A stretch of DNA of 37,094 bases, taken from positions 1-37,094 of IMG/VR virus record IMGVR_UViG_3300050331_000118. One strand, written 5' to 3'. Below the pieces are notes generated by a model. The model was not told the DNA's origin and searched no databases. It saw nothing but the letters and a program-made list of their open reading frames with translations. The stretch comes from a virus. Taxonomy: Duplodnaviria; Caudoviricetes. Both the position numbers and the translations under genes were made by a program. Positions 9,135 to 17,346 of this stretch are shown here, one piece after another (the stretch's first letter is position 1; the number at the start of each line of letters is the position of its first letter).

Positions 9135-9853
9135 GCAAGGCCGGGCCCACCTCGACGGCGGTACGGGCCTCCCGGCGGAACGCCGCGAGTGCGCTCGACT
9201 TCTTCCCGACGCCGCCCTGGGCGGTGCGCGCGCTGGTCGGTGAGGTGCTGCGGCCGCAGCTGGGCGCGCCGATGTCGGCCATGTCGGTATGGGAGCCGGC
9301 CTGCGGTGCGGGACATTGCGCCATCCCGCTCGCCGAGACGTTCGGGCGCGCGTTCGCGACCGACGTGCACGACTGGGGCTATGGCGCCGTCCGCGATCTC
9401 GATTTTTCCTTCTGCGGCCCGGGCGAGGCGCCCTGGCCGGTCGACTGGGTCATCACCAACCCGCCCTTCACCCTGGCTGCGATGTTCGCCCGGCGCGGCC
9501 TTGCGATCGCGCGGCGCGGCGTGGCGCTGCTGCTGCGGCTGCAGTGGCTCGAAGGGGGTGAGCGGTACCACCAGTTCTTCGCCCCGGGCGCGCCGCACCG
9601 GGCCAGCAGGATCGTCGTCTTCGCCGAGCGCGTCCCGATGATCGAGGGCGCTTGGGATCCCGAAGCCAGCTCGGCGACGGCCTATTGCTGGGTGATCTGG
9701 GACAAGCGGGACGTGCCCAGGGGCCCGGGTATCCCGACAGTGCATCTGCCGCCCGGCATGGCTGACGCCTACACGCGTCCCGCCGATGAAGCCCTCGCCA
9801 TGCGGGGCGAAGCGGCCCGCCGGCGGGCCAGGCGGACGGCAGAGGTGGCGTGA
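9131..9853 (+). CDS. SAM-dependent amino (N6-adenine/N4-cytosine) DNA methyltransferase, orphan
   Basis: DFFPTPPW, motif I VWEPACGAG, motif IV WVITNPPF; no adjacent restriction endonuclease. Confidence 0.85.
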   Translation: MSKAGPTSTAVRASRRNAASALDFFPTPPWAVRALVGEVLRPQLGAPMSAMSVWEPACGAGHCAIPLAETFGRAFATDVHDWGYGAVRDLDFSFCGPGEAPWPVDWVITNPPFTLAAMFARRGLAIARRGVALLLRLQWLEGGERYHQFFAPGAPHRASRIVVFAERVPMIEGAWDPEASSATAYCWVIWDKRDVPRGPGIPTVHLPPGMADAYTRPADEALAMRGEAARRRARRTAEVA

Positions 9854-10092
9854 TGGGCGCGCGGGCTCTTTCCCCCGAGGAAGTGAGCCGGCTGCGGGGG
9901 GAGCGCCGCATCCTCGCCGACAAGATCGCCCGCCTCAGGGTGCACGGGGCCGAGTGGCGCCGACTGCACCATCGGCAGGCAGGCATTACCCGGCAGCTGC
10001 TCGAAGTCGAGCTGGGCGGGCGCGTGACGGGGCCGGCCGATCCGGCAAGCGACAAAGACGAAGAGGAGCGTCTGGCATGGTGGCAGAAGTGA
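9853..10092 (+). CDS. Small hypothetical protein
   Basis: GAGGT RBS, TGATG coupling at both ends. Confidence 0.5.
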   Translation: MGARALSPEEVSRLRGERRILADKIARLRVHGAEWRRLHHRQAGITRQLLEVELGGRVTGPADPASDKDEEERLAWWQK

Positions 10093-10337
10093 TGAGGCGA
10101 CGGCAGGCCAGCCTGGTGGTGTCGGATCACGCGGTGCTGCGGTGGTTGCAGGTCGAATACGGCCTCGACGTCGAACGGGTGCGCGAGCACCTCACGACGC
10201 GTGCGACCGACGCCGCCGAATACGGCGCCATCGCCCTGCAGACCGGCAGGGTCAAGATGCTGCTCAGGGACGAAGGCGTGATCGGCGAGGCCACCAAGGT
10301 GGTCATGGTCGACGTCCGGGGCCGCGCGAGGCCCTAG
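10092..10337 (+). CDS. Conserved small phage protein
   Basis: VVSDHAVLRWL...YGLDVE motif common in phage proteins; TGATG coupling (alternative start 10077). Confidence 0.6.
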   Translation: MRRRQASLVVSDHAVLRWLQVEYGLDVERVREHLTTRATDAAEYGAIALQTGRVKMLLRDEGVIGEATKVVMVDVRGRARP

Positions 10338-10735
10338 TGAGCAGCGACCGCCTGGGCCTGCCGGCCGTCCTCGCCGAGATCGCCGAAGCCGCGGGGCTCG
10401 ATGCCGCGCGGGCGATCGCGGCCGCCAAGGGCGGGCAGACGGTCTATATCCCCCACCGGGCGCGAGAGGGCCACTGGCTCACCGACCTGGTGGGGCTGAC
10501 GGCGGCGCAGCAGATCTGCGCCCATTTCGCCGCCCCCTCGGCTGGCGGCCGCGCTGCCGGGCAGCGCGTCCTCATCCCCATGGCCAGGGTACGGGCTGGC
10601 GAGGTGATGATGCGGGCGATCGAGGCGGGTGGCTCGGCCAACCGCATCGCGGCGACCACAGGCAGGCACGAGCGCACGGTGCGGCGCTACCGCCGCAAGC
10701 TCAGGGCCGGCGGCATGGGGCCGCTGTTCGAGTAG
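10337..10735 (+). CDS. Mor/C-family late transcription activator
   Basis: LPAVLAEIAE..GLDAA..IA...GGQTVYIP dimerisation motif plus C-terminal HTH (SANRIAATTGRHERTVRRY); last early gene before lysis. Confidence 0.85.
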   Translation: MSSDRLGLPAVLAEIAEAAGLDAARAIAAAKGGQTVYIPHRAREGHWLTDLVGLTAAQQICAHFAAPSAGGRAAGQRVLIPMARVRAGEVMMRAIEAGGSANRIAATTGRHERTVRRYRRKLRAGGMGPLFE

Positions 10736-10852
10736 CTGCCGCGCCTAGCCTAGCACGGCGTGTCGCCCTGCACTCTGTTGTAGGATCGCCCGGCGATGGG
10801 CCACCAGCCCTAGCGACTGTTCTCTGTCCGTTCCCGGCGATATGCTCGGCGC

Positions 10853-11116
10853 ATGTCGACATCGAGGGACAATGATGATCCTGCCAAGCGTATTTGGCCA
10901 GGCGGCTCGCACCAGAACACCCTGGGCGGAACCTCCATTGAAGTGGCGACGCGGCGGATGCTCGAGAAGAATCGGGAATGGTCGCTGCTACCGGGTAATG
11001 TGCAGTATGAAGCGCTGAGGCGAGAGGGCCATGAGCTGCGGGCCCGGCAGAAGGCGGCAGGCAGGCCAAACGGGATGATAGGCCCGCCCAACCCATACAA
11101 GCCGCACCGGAAGTGA
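10853..11116 (+). CDS. Small accessory (moron-like) hypothetical protein, possibly leaderless
   Basis: TATGCT -10-like hexamer at 10841-10846, 6 nt before the ATG; no SD; atypical codon use. Confidence 0.45.
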   Translation: MSTSRDNDDPAKRIWPGGSHQNTLGGTSIEVATRRMLEKNREWSLLPGNVQYEALRREGHELRARQKAAGRPNGMIGPPNPYKPHRK

Positions 11117-11251
11117 CGAGCCAGCGCACGCCCGTTTCCTGAGTGCGGCCTTGACCAGTCCTCGCCACGAGTGTCCCCTTTGGACCAGCAAAGGGCGTCG
11201 ACTACGCCGAGCGAGTTGCCGGCAAGAGGCTCTGATCGAAAGGGGGCGAAC

Positions 11252-11890
11252 ATGGACCTCATCACCTCATCGTTGGCGCCGATGAATGACCTTAGAGCCC
11301 GGCACCAGGCCGTCATTGACCTCATCTGCTTCAACGACCAACGGGCGACGGAATTTCTGCGGCTGTACGTGACGGTCGCGCTCGCTGCAGGCGCAGGAGC
11401 GATCAGCGCTTTTGCCGGGGATCAGTTGCTTACAAAGGCCACCGGCTGGGGACTACTCGCGTCCCTCATACCGCTTGCCGCCGGGTGCTTCTACTGCTTG
11501 GAGGCGTCGAAATCCGCCGTTCTGAATCTCCCCGGTCGAGGCGCCGAGTTCTGGAAATGGGCTGGCGGGGACGAGGTCTCAGAGCAGGCGGTAATACAGG
11601 CATACCTCGAGAACCTCGAGGCGAAGCAGAAGGCCAACAATGAGATTAACTATCGCTCGGCGAGGGATTTAGCGCAGGCGAAGCAGGCTGGCATTGTTGC
11701 AGCCATGGTTGGCCTGGTGGTGGGACTGATCGCTGGCGCCATTATCGCAGCCACGGTTAGCCTGGCGGCGGGTCTGATCGCTGCCGCCATTGTCACCTGG
11801 GCTTCGGCTTCGGATCGTCGCTCTTCTGATTATCCCAATCAGTCGGCGGCGGCGGAGGAGGCGGAGGCGGTGCGGGCCGGGGTTCCTTAG
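11252..11890 (+). CDS. Accessory multi-pass membrane protein, Pycsar-effector-like topology
   Basis: AAGGGG RBS; NDQRA then two hydrophobic helices, a soluble loop, NNEINYRSARDL and C-terminal hydrophobic helices; lower GC than flanks (alternative GTG start 11171). Confidence 0.65.
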   Translation: MDLITSSLAPMNDLRARHQAVIDLICFNDQRATEFLRLYVTVALAAGAGAISAFAGDQLLTKATGWGLLASLIPLAAGCFYCLEASKSAVLNLPGRGAEFWKWAGGDEVSEQAVIQAYLENLEAKQKANNEINYRSARDLAQAKQAGIVAAMVGLVVGLIAGAIIAATVSLAAGLIAAAIVTWASASDRRSSDYPNQSAAAEEAEAVRAGVP

Positions 11891-11906
11891 GGTCGTCGTT
11901 TACCAT
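11793..11906 (-). CDS. 37-aa poly-proline peptide MVNDDPKEPRPAPPPPPPPPPTDWDNQKSDDPKPKPR (absent from the ORF track)
   Basis: Hand-translated; AGAGGAG RBS 7 nt before the ATG and a TTCACA-N17-CATTCT promoter immediately upstream. Confidence 0.65.
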   Translation of the reverse strand: MVNDDPKEPRPAPPPPPPPPPTDWDNQKSDDPKPKPR

Positions 11907-11930
11907 CGTGAGTCTCCTCTTCGCTCGCAG

Positions 11931-11959
11931 AGAATGCGCCGACTGCGATCAGATGTGAA
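11931..11959 (-). promoter_or_regulatory. sigma70-type promoter for the antisense poly-Pro peptide gene
   Basis: Minus strand TTCACA (11959-11954), 17-nt spacer, CATTCT (11936-11931). Confidence 0.55.
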
Positions 11960-12002
11960 GAGCGCACCCCACCACTTCTAAGGGCCAAAAGAAACGACGC
12001 CC

Positions 12003-12047
12003 CGGACATTTGTCCGGGGCGTTTGCGTATGGCCTGCGAGGCACAAT
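12003..12047 (+). promoter_or_regulatory. Putative late promoter for the lysis/packaging operon with activator dyad
   Basis: CGGACA-TT-TGTCCG-GGGCGTTTG (12003-12025), identical to 19933-19955; -10-like CACAAT at 12042-12047. Confidence 0.7.
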
Positions 12048-12106
12048 CGTACCCGATTTGACGCGCCGGGCAATCCCCCCGGCGCATGTCGTAGAGCGGG
12101 TGCACC

Positions 12107-13006
12107 ATGCGGACATCGGACCAGGGCTTAGAGATGCTGGAGGGCGAGGAGGGCGTGGTGCTGCGCGCCTATCGCTGCCCCGCCGGCGTGTGGACGATCG
12201 GCACCGGGCTCACGGCCGCCTCGGGCGTCGTCAAACCGAAGAAGGGCATGACCATCACTCGCGAGGAGAACCGCCGGCTGACGCGGCTCGCGCTGGCGCG
12301 CAACTACGAGCCGCGGGTCGCCAGAGCGCTCGGCGCTGTCGCCCAGCACGTCTTCGACGGGGCCGTCAGCTTCGACTGGAATACCGGCGCCATCCTTCGG
12401 GCGAGATGGGTGGGCGAGTTCCTGGCCGGCCGGATCGCGACGGCCGCGCTGCGTTTCAAACAGTGGAACAAGGCCGGTGGGAAGGTGCTCGCCGGGCTCA
12501 CGGCGCGGCGCGGCCGGGAGTGGACGCTGATCGAGTTCGGTCGCTACCCCGCCGGCGCGTCATCGGTGTCCGAGCCCGCCGATTACGCCGCTGACCTGCG
12601 TGCTCTCGGCTATCGCGAGGCGAAGCTCGGCCAGGCTGTGCGCGCCTTCCAGGCCGAGCACGGGCTCACCGTCGACGGCATCGTCGGACCGGCGACGCGC
12701 GCCACCATCGCCCGCGTCAAGGCGGAGCGGCAGGCGGACAAGGCGACGGGCGCCGCGAGTGCCGGCGGCGCGACCGCGGGCGGCGGCGCCGAAGTCACGG
12801 TCAACCCCGCGCCCGGGAGCACGGAGGGCGTCGACCTGTCCACGCTGCTCTGGGCCCTCGGCGGCGCCCTGGTACTCGGCCTCACCGTCTATTTGCTGTT
12901 CCTCGCCTGGCGCTATCGCGGCCCGCTCTTCGCCTGGCTGCCCGAGCCGGTGAAGGACTGGTTCGAAGGCCGCGGCATCGTGCTCGGCCGCCGCGTGCGC
13001 ACCTGA
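12107..13006 (+). CDS. Endolysin: GH24 lysozyme + peptidoglycan-binding domain + C-terminal transmembrane helix
   Basis: EG....[46 protein letters not shown]; [21 protein letters not shown]; [22 protein letters not shown]. Confidence 0.92.
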   Translation: MRTSDQGLEMLEGEEGVVLRAYRCPAGVWTIGTGLTAASGVVKPKKGMTITREENRRLTRLALARNYEPRVARALGAVAQHVFDGAVSFDWNTGAILRARWVGEFLAGRIATAALRFKQWNKAGGKVLAGLTARRGREWTLIEFGRYPAGASSVSEPADYAADLRALGYREAKLGQAVRAFQAEHGLTVDGIVGPATRATIARVKAERQADKATGAASAGGATAGGGAEVTVNPAPGSTEGVDLSTLLWALGGALVLGLTVYLLFLAWRYRGPLFAWLPEPVKDWFEGRGIVLGRRVRT

Positions 13007-13032
13007 TTTTCAGCCCTTGAAAGGCCCGTTAA

Positions 13033-13551
13033 ATGGCAAAGACAAACCCGCTGATCGGCATCTTCACCAGGCTCGGCACGCCGCTGCTCAAGCTCGTGGT
13101 CGAAGAAGTGCTGCCGCCGCCCCTCGACCGGCTGGGTGGCAAGGCCATCGACGTGCTCGCCGGTGCGCTCGGCACCGAGCCGACGCCCGAGGCGATTGCC
13201 GCGAAATACGAGGCCGAGCCGGAGGCTACAGCCGCCGTGATCCGCCAGGTCGAGGCCAACCCGGACGCCATCCTCGCCGGCGTCGCCCAGCAGAAGGAAA
13301 CCAATGCCATCTTCGCCCAGGAGGCGAAGGAGCCGTGGTGGGCCTGGGCGTGGCGGCCGGCCGGCATGTGGGGGCTGGGCGTGCTGTGGTTCTGGAACAT
13401 CATCGTGCTGCACGTGCTCAATGCGATCTTCAAGATCGCCCTGCCCCCGGTCGACCTGTGGGTGCTGTTCAACCTCTCGGCTCTCTACATGGGCCTCTAT
13501 ATGGGCGGCCACACGGTCAAGGATTTCGTCGCCCGGAAGTGGGGCGCGTGA
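13033..13551 (+). CDS. Putative holin (3TM/GTA-holin-like)
   Basis: Follows the lysin; [10 protein letters not shown] motif, two C-terminal hydrophobic helices, [10 protein letters not shown] end. Confidence 0.7.
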   Translation: MAKTNPLIGIFTRLGTPLLKLVVEEVLPPPLDRLGGKAIDVLAGALGTEPTPEAIAAKYEAEPEATAAVIRQVEANPDAILAGVAQQKETNAIFAQEAKEPWWAWAWRPAGMWGLGVLWFWNIIVLHVLNAIFKIALPPVDLWVLFNLSALYMGLYMGGHTVKDFVARKWGA

Positions 13552-13835
13552 TGAAGAAGGTCTCACCTGACAGCGTCGCGCAGGACATGCTGCGCGCCTT
13601 CATCGAGCGCATCGAGAGGATGGAGGAGGAGAAGAAGGCCATCTCCGACGACATCAAGGACATTTATGCCGAAGCCAAAGGCAGCGGCTTCGACACCAAA
13701 GTGCTCCGCGACATAGTCAGGATCCGCAAGCAGGACCACGCCGAACGCATGGAGCACGATAGTCTTCTGGAACTCTACATGGCGGCCCTGGGGATGGCTG
13801 CCGCACCTGCAGAAGACGATGGGGGCGAGGAGTGA
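13551..13835 (+). CDS. GapR-like (DUF2312) nucleoid-associated protein
   Basis: [50 protein letters not shown]....LELY..ALG. Confidence 0.92.
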   Translation: MKKVSPDSVAQDMLRAFIERIERMEEEKKAISDDIKDIYAEAKGSGFDTKVLRDIVRIRKQDHAERMEHDSLLELYMAALGMAAAPAEDDGGEE

Positions 13836-14053
13836 GCGCGGGCTTCGGCAATCGCGATTTCGAACTCGCCGAACAGCGGGCCGAGCAGGAGCGCCTGACC
13901 TCGATAATCGCGGCCAGCGCCGCGCTCGAGGAGGAAGGCTCCGACCACTGCATCGACTGCGGCGCCGACATCAGCCGGGCGCGGCGCGAGGCGCTGCCCT
14001 CGGCGCGGCGCTGCGTCGGCTGCCAGCACGACTACGAGCGGGGGTGGAAGTGA
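13832..14053 (+). CDS. TraR/DksA-family C4 zinc-finger protein
   Basis: [26 protein letters not shown]. Confidence 0.88.
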   Translation: MSAGFGNRDFELAEQRAEQERLTSIIAASAALEEEGSDHCIDCGADISRARREALPSARRCVGCQHDYERGWK

Positions 14054-14379
14054 GCCTGGACGACATTCGGAATGTCGCGGCGCTGGGATCGTCGCTGCTC
14101 GCCATCGGCACCGCCATATACGCCTGGCTGACCAGCCGCTCGCGGATCAACGCTACCGAAATCCGCGACCTGCAGAGCGACATGGCCCAGCACAAGGTCA
14201 AGCTCGCGGCCGTCGAACAGACGCTGGGCCAGATGCCCAACAAAGACACAGTGCATCAGCTCGACCTCAAGGTCAGCCAACTCAACGGGTCGATCGGCGT
14301 CCTCGCCGAATCGCTCAAGGCCGTGGAGCGCACGGCATCGCGGATCGAAGCCTACCTGCTGGACCAGGGCAAGAAATGA
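14050..14379 (+). CDS. DUF2730-like membrane-anchored coiled-coil protein (Mu gp25 position)
   Basis: N-terminal hydrophobic helix; VEQTL..MP.KD.VH.L; IEAYLL end; synteny. Confidence 0.75.
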   Translation: MSLDDIRNVAALGSSLLAIGTAIYAWLTSRSRINATEIRDLQSDMAQHKVKLAAVEQTLGQMPNKDTVHQLDLKVSQLNGSIGVLAESLKAVERTASRIEAYLLDQGKK

Positions 14380-14681
14380 GCACCACCGACTACGAACGCC
14401 ACCTCACGCTGGATGCCCGCCTGGTCATGCTGCGCGCCATGCGCGACCAGACGGACGGCCGCATGAACGAGGTCATCCTCGAGGCTGTCCTTGACAGCTT
14501 CGGGCACCGGCGCAACCGCGATTGGATCCGCACGCAGCTGCGCGAACTCAAGAATTTGGGCGCCGTCACCCTCACCGAGGCGGGCACTGTGATGATCGGC
14601 GCCATTACCCGGCTCGGCCTCGATCACGTCGAGCGGCGGGCGATCATCGAGGGCGTGGCACGGCCTTCGCCGGAGGTGTGA
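14376..14681 (+). CDS. Mu gp26-like winged-helix protein
   Basis: DARLVMLRAM...NE.IL...L..FG...RDW.RTQL..L...G.V...ITRLGLDHVE....IEGVARPSP. Confidence 0.8.
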   Translation: MSTTDYERHLTLDARLVMLRAMRDQTDGRMNEVILEAVLDSFGHRRNRDWIRTQLRELKNLGAVTLTEAGTVMIGAITRLGLDHVERRAIIEGVARPSPEV

Positions 14682-14682
14682 G

Positions 14683-15285
14683 ATGGCGGTCGCCGCACGA
14701 GCAAAGGGGCGGGGCCGGCTCAACGGTCTCGAGCAGCTGCCGCCCGAGTGCGGCCCGATCATCGCCTGGGCCAACGAGCAGCTGCGCAACCGCGACCGCA
14801 CCCAGCAGGAGATCTACCAGGAGTTCTTCGACCGGATGCAGGCGCTGCAGCGCGAGCATCACGGCGAGCTCGAGTTCACCATCCCGTCGAAATCGGCCTT
14901 CAACCGCTATTCGATCAAGCTCGCCGCCCTCAGCGCCCGCATCGACGAGACGCGCGAGATCGCCAACCAGCTGGCGAAGAGTTTCGATGCCGAGGCCAGC
15001 GACAATCTCACGGTGCTGGCGGCCGAGGCGGTCAAGACGCTGGTGTTTGAGCTGCTGACGGCCGGCGGCGAGGCCGGGTTCGAGGCCAAGGAGGCCAAGG
15101 CCATGGCCGACGCGCTGCGCTCGGCCAGCCAGGCGCAGAACATCTCGACGCAGCGCCGACAGAAGGTCGAGAAGGAATTCGCGACCAATGCGGCAGCCGC
15201 CGTCGACAAGGTGGCCAAGGCCAAGGGCCTGACCGCCGAGACGGCCGCGGCGATCAAGTCGCAAATTCTCGGGGTGAGGGGATGA
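14683..15285 (+). CDS. Terminase small subunit, Mu gp27/DUF3486-like
   Basis: LEQLPPE, PSKSAFNRY, GLTAETAAAIKSQILG; position before the large subunit. Confidence 0.85.
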   Translation: MAVAARAKGRGRLNGLEQLPPECGPIIAWANEQLRNRDRTQQEIYQEFFDRMQALQREHHGELEFTIPSKSAFNRYSIKLAALSARIDETREIANQLAKSFDAEASDNLTVLAAEAVKTLVFELLTAGGEAGFEAKEAKAMADALRSASQAQNISTQRRQKVEKEFATNAAAAVDKVAKAKGLTAETAAAIKSQILGVRG

Positions 15286-15485
15286 TGGTCCCTATCGACA
15301 GCCAGGGCACCCGGATCAATCCCGACCTGGTCGCCAGCCTAACATGGGACCGGCGGTTCTACATGAACGGCAGCTCGTCCAGCCTCGTGATCCGCATGGC
15401 CGACGGAACAGTGCATCGTGTCGAGCACGGCTATGGCGTCGACGCCTACGAGATCGAGCGCGCGATCCTCCGGGGGCAACGATGA
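15282..15485 (+). CDS. Small hypothetical protein
   Basis: GAGG RBS, ATGA overlaps; short beta-rich sequence. Confidence 0.55.
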   Translation: MMVPIDSQGTRINPDLVASLTWDRRFYMNGSSSSLVIRMADGTVHRVEHGYGVDAYEIERAILRGQR

Positions 15486-15664
15486 GCGAGACCCGCACCA
15501 CGAGGCAGGTCGCCATCGGGACGCCTGTGTCCATTGAGAAAGGTGTCGGCCGCGTGGTCGGCGGAGTGGCCGCCGGCTACATCGTGCGGCTGGACGCCGA
15601 CGGCAGCGAGTGGATTCGCACGGGCAGAGAGGTGCGTCCCGTGCGCACCGGAAGACCGAAATGA
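15482..15664 (+). CDS. Small hypothetical protein (SH3/KOW-like beta sequence)
   Basis: ATGA overlaps at both ends; IGTPV....GVGRVV....YIVRLD..G.EW. Confidence 0.5.
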   Translation: MSETRTTRQVAIGTPVSIEKGVGRVVGGVAAGYIVRLDADGSEWIRTGREVRPVRTGRPK

Positions 15665-17346
15665 CCGCCCCCTTTACCAAAGAACAATGGGCAGAGATCC
15701 GGCGCGCGTCGATGACGCACGTCGCCGGCGCCGGCCAGGTGAGCGTCGAGCAGCTGCCCAATGTGCTGCTCTCCTACCAGGCCGAGGGCGTCGGGCTGCT
15801 CGACAGCGCCGGCACGCACGTCCTGGTCATCGAGAAGAGCCGCCGCATCGGCTTCACCTGGGGGCTCGCGTCCTACGCCGTGCTCAAGGCCGCCAAGGTC
15901 AAGGCCGCCGGCGGCATGGACGTGATGTACATCTCCTACTCCCAGGAGATGACGCGCGAGTTCATCGACGCGTGCGCCATGTGGGCCAAGGCCTTCGCGT
16001 CGGCCGCGCTGGAGGTCGAGGAGTTCCTGTTCGACGGCGGCGACGCCGAGGGCGGCAGCGCCATCAAGGCCTTCCGCATCCAGTTCGCCTCCGGCTTCGA
16101 GATTTTGGCGCTGTCGTCGGCGCCGCGCGGTCTGCGCGGCAAGCAGGGCGTGGTCATCATCGACGAGGCGGCCTTCGTCGACAACCTCGCCGAGCTGCTC
16201 AAGGCCGCGCTCGCCTTCCTGATGTGGGGCGGGCAGGTGGTTGTGTGCTCCACCCACAACGGCGCCGAAAATGCCTTCAACGTGCTGGTGCAGGATATCC
16301 TGGGCGGGCGGTCGAAGTACAAGCACATGCGCATCGACTTCGACGAGGCGCTACGCCAGGGGCTCTACCAGCGTATCTGCCTCGTGCGCGGCATCGAGTG
16401 GTCGCCCGAAGTCGAGGCCGAGTGGCGCCAGGAGATCATCGACTTCTACGGCGACGGCGCCGACGAGGAGCTGTTCTGCATCCCCTCGATGGGCTCGGGC
16501 GCCTGGCTGACCGGGCCCTTGATCGAAGCCCGCATGACGCTGACCGAGGAACAGGCGCCGATCCTGAGGCTGGAGCTGCCGCCGGACTATCTGCACCGGC
16601 CGGAACTGGAGCGCCGGGCGCTGCTGGCGCCGTTCATGGCGGAACTGGCGGCGGCGCTCGCGGCGCTGGATCTCGACCTGCGTTACGCCCTCGGGTTCGA
16701 CTTCGCCCGCGTCGCCGACCTCTCGGTTGCCCAGCTGCTGGCGATCGAGACGACGTTGCGGCGCCGATCGGCGTTCACGGTGGAGATGCGGGGCGTTCCC
16801 GGCGACGAGCAGAAGGCGATCGTGCGCGACATCCTGATGGCAGTGCGCAGCCGGCTGGTCGGCGCGGCGTTCGATGCCACCGGCATGGGCTGGACGGTGG
16901 CCGAGGACATGGGGCGGATCTTCGGCCTGTGGCATGAGACCGACAATCCCTCCGGCCTGATCCGGGCGATCAAGTTCACCCAGGACTGGTACCGGGTGGA
17001 AATGCCCCCGCTGAAGGTAGCGTTCGAAGATGCCGCAATCCTCCTTACGAAGTTCGCCGAGCACCTGTCCGACCTGCGCCTGGTCAAGGTCATCCGCGGC
17101 ATCCCCATGGTGCCGCCGACCCGCGTCGGCGAGATGGGAAAGAAGCGCCACGGCGACTTCGCCATTGCCCTGGGGCTCGCCTGGTTCGCCAGCCGGCTGC
17201 AGTGGCACGAGTACGACTACAAGCCGGCGACGCTGCCGCCCAGCCGGTTCGAGGAGCGGGCAGCCGAGGGCGAGTGGCACTACAGGGCGGATGAGCGGGA
17301 CAACGGGTTCCGGCTGGGATCGATGCGACGGGGAGGCGCCTGGTAA
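15661..17346 (+). CDS. Terminase large subunit (Mu gp28-like)
   Basis: LLSYQ, Walker A KSRRIGFT, Walker B VIIDEAAF, STHNG, nuclease motifs GFDFARVAD, FDATGMG, HGDFAIA. Confidence 0.95.
   Translation: MTAPFTKEQWAEIRRASMTHVAGAGQVSVEQLPNVLLSYQAEGVGLLDSAGTHVLVIEKSRRIGFTWGLASYAVLKAAKVKAAGGMDVMYISYSQEMTREFIDACAMWAKAFASAALEVEEFLFDGGDAEGGSAIKAFRIQFASGFEILALSSAPRGLRGKQGVVIIDEAAFVDNLAELLKAALAFLMWGGQVVVCSTHNGAENAFNVLVQDILGGRSKYKHMRIDFDEALRQGLYQRICLVRGIEWSPEVEAEWRQEIIDFYGDGADEELFCIPSMGSGAWLTGPLIEARMTLTEEQAPILRLELPPDYLHRPELERRALLAPFMAELAAALAALDLDLRYALGFDFARVADLSVAQLLAIETTLRRRSAFTVEMRGVPGDEQKAIVRDILMAVRSRLVGAAFDATGMGWTVAEDMGRIFGLWHETDNPSGLIRAIKFTQDWYRVEMPPLKVAFEDAAILLTKFAEHLSDLRLVKVIRGIPMVPPTRVGEMGKKRHGDFAIALGLAWFASRLQWHEYDYKPATLPPSRFEERAAEGEWHYRADERDNGFRLGSMRRGGAW

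Noticed and set aside
9131-9853. Restriction-modification system
   Set aside because: No neighbouring endonuclease-like ORF; treated as an orphan methyltransferase.
11790-11981. 63-aa + strand Arg-rich ORF
   Set aside because: It is the exact antisense frame of the poly-Pro peptide (CGG/AGG runs) and has no RBS, whereas the minus-strand reading has promoter, RBS and ATG.
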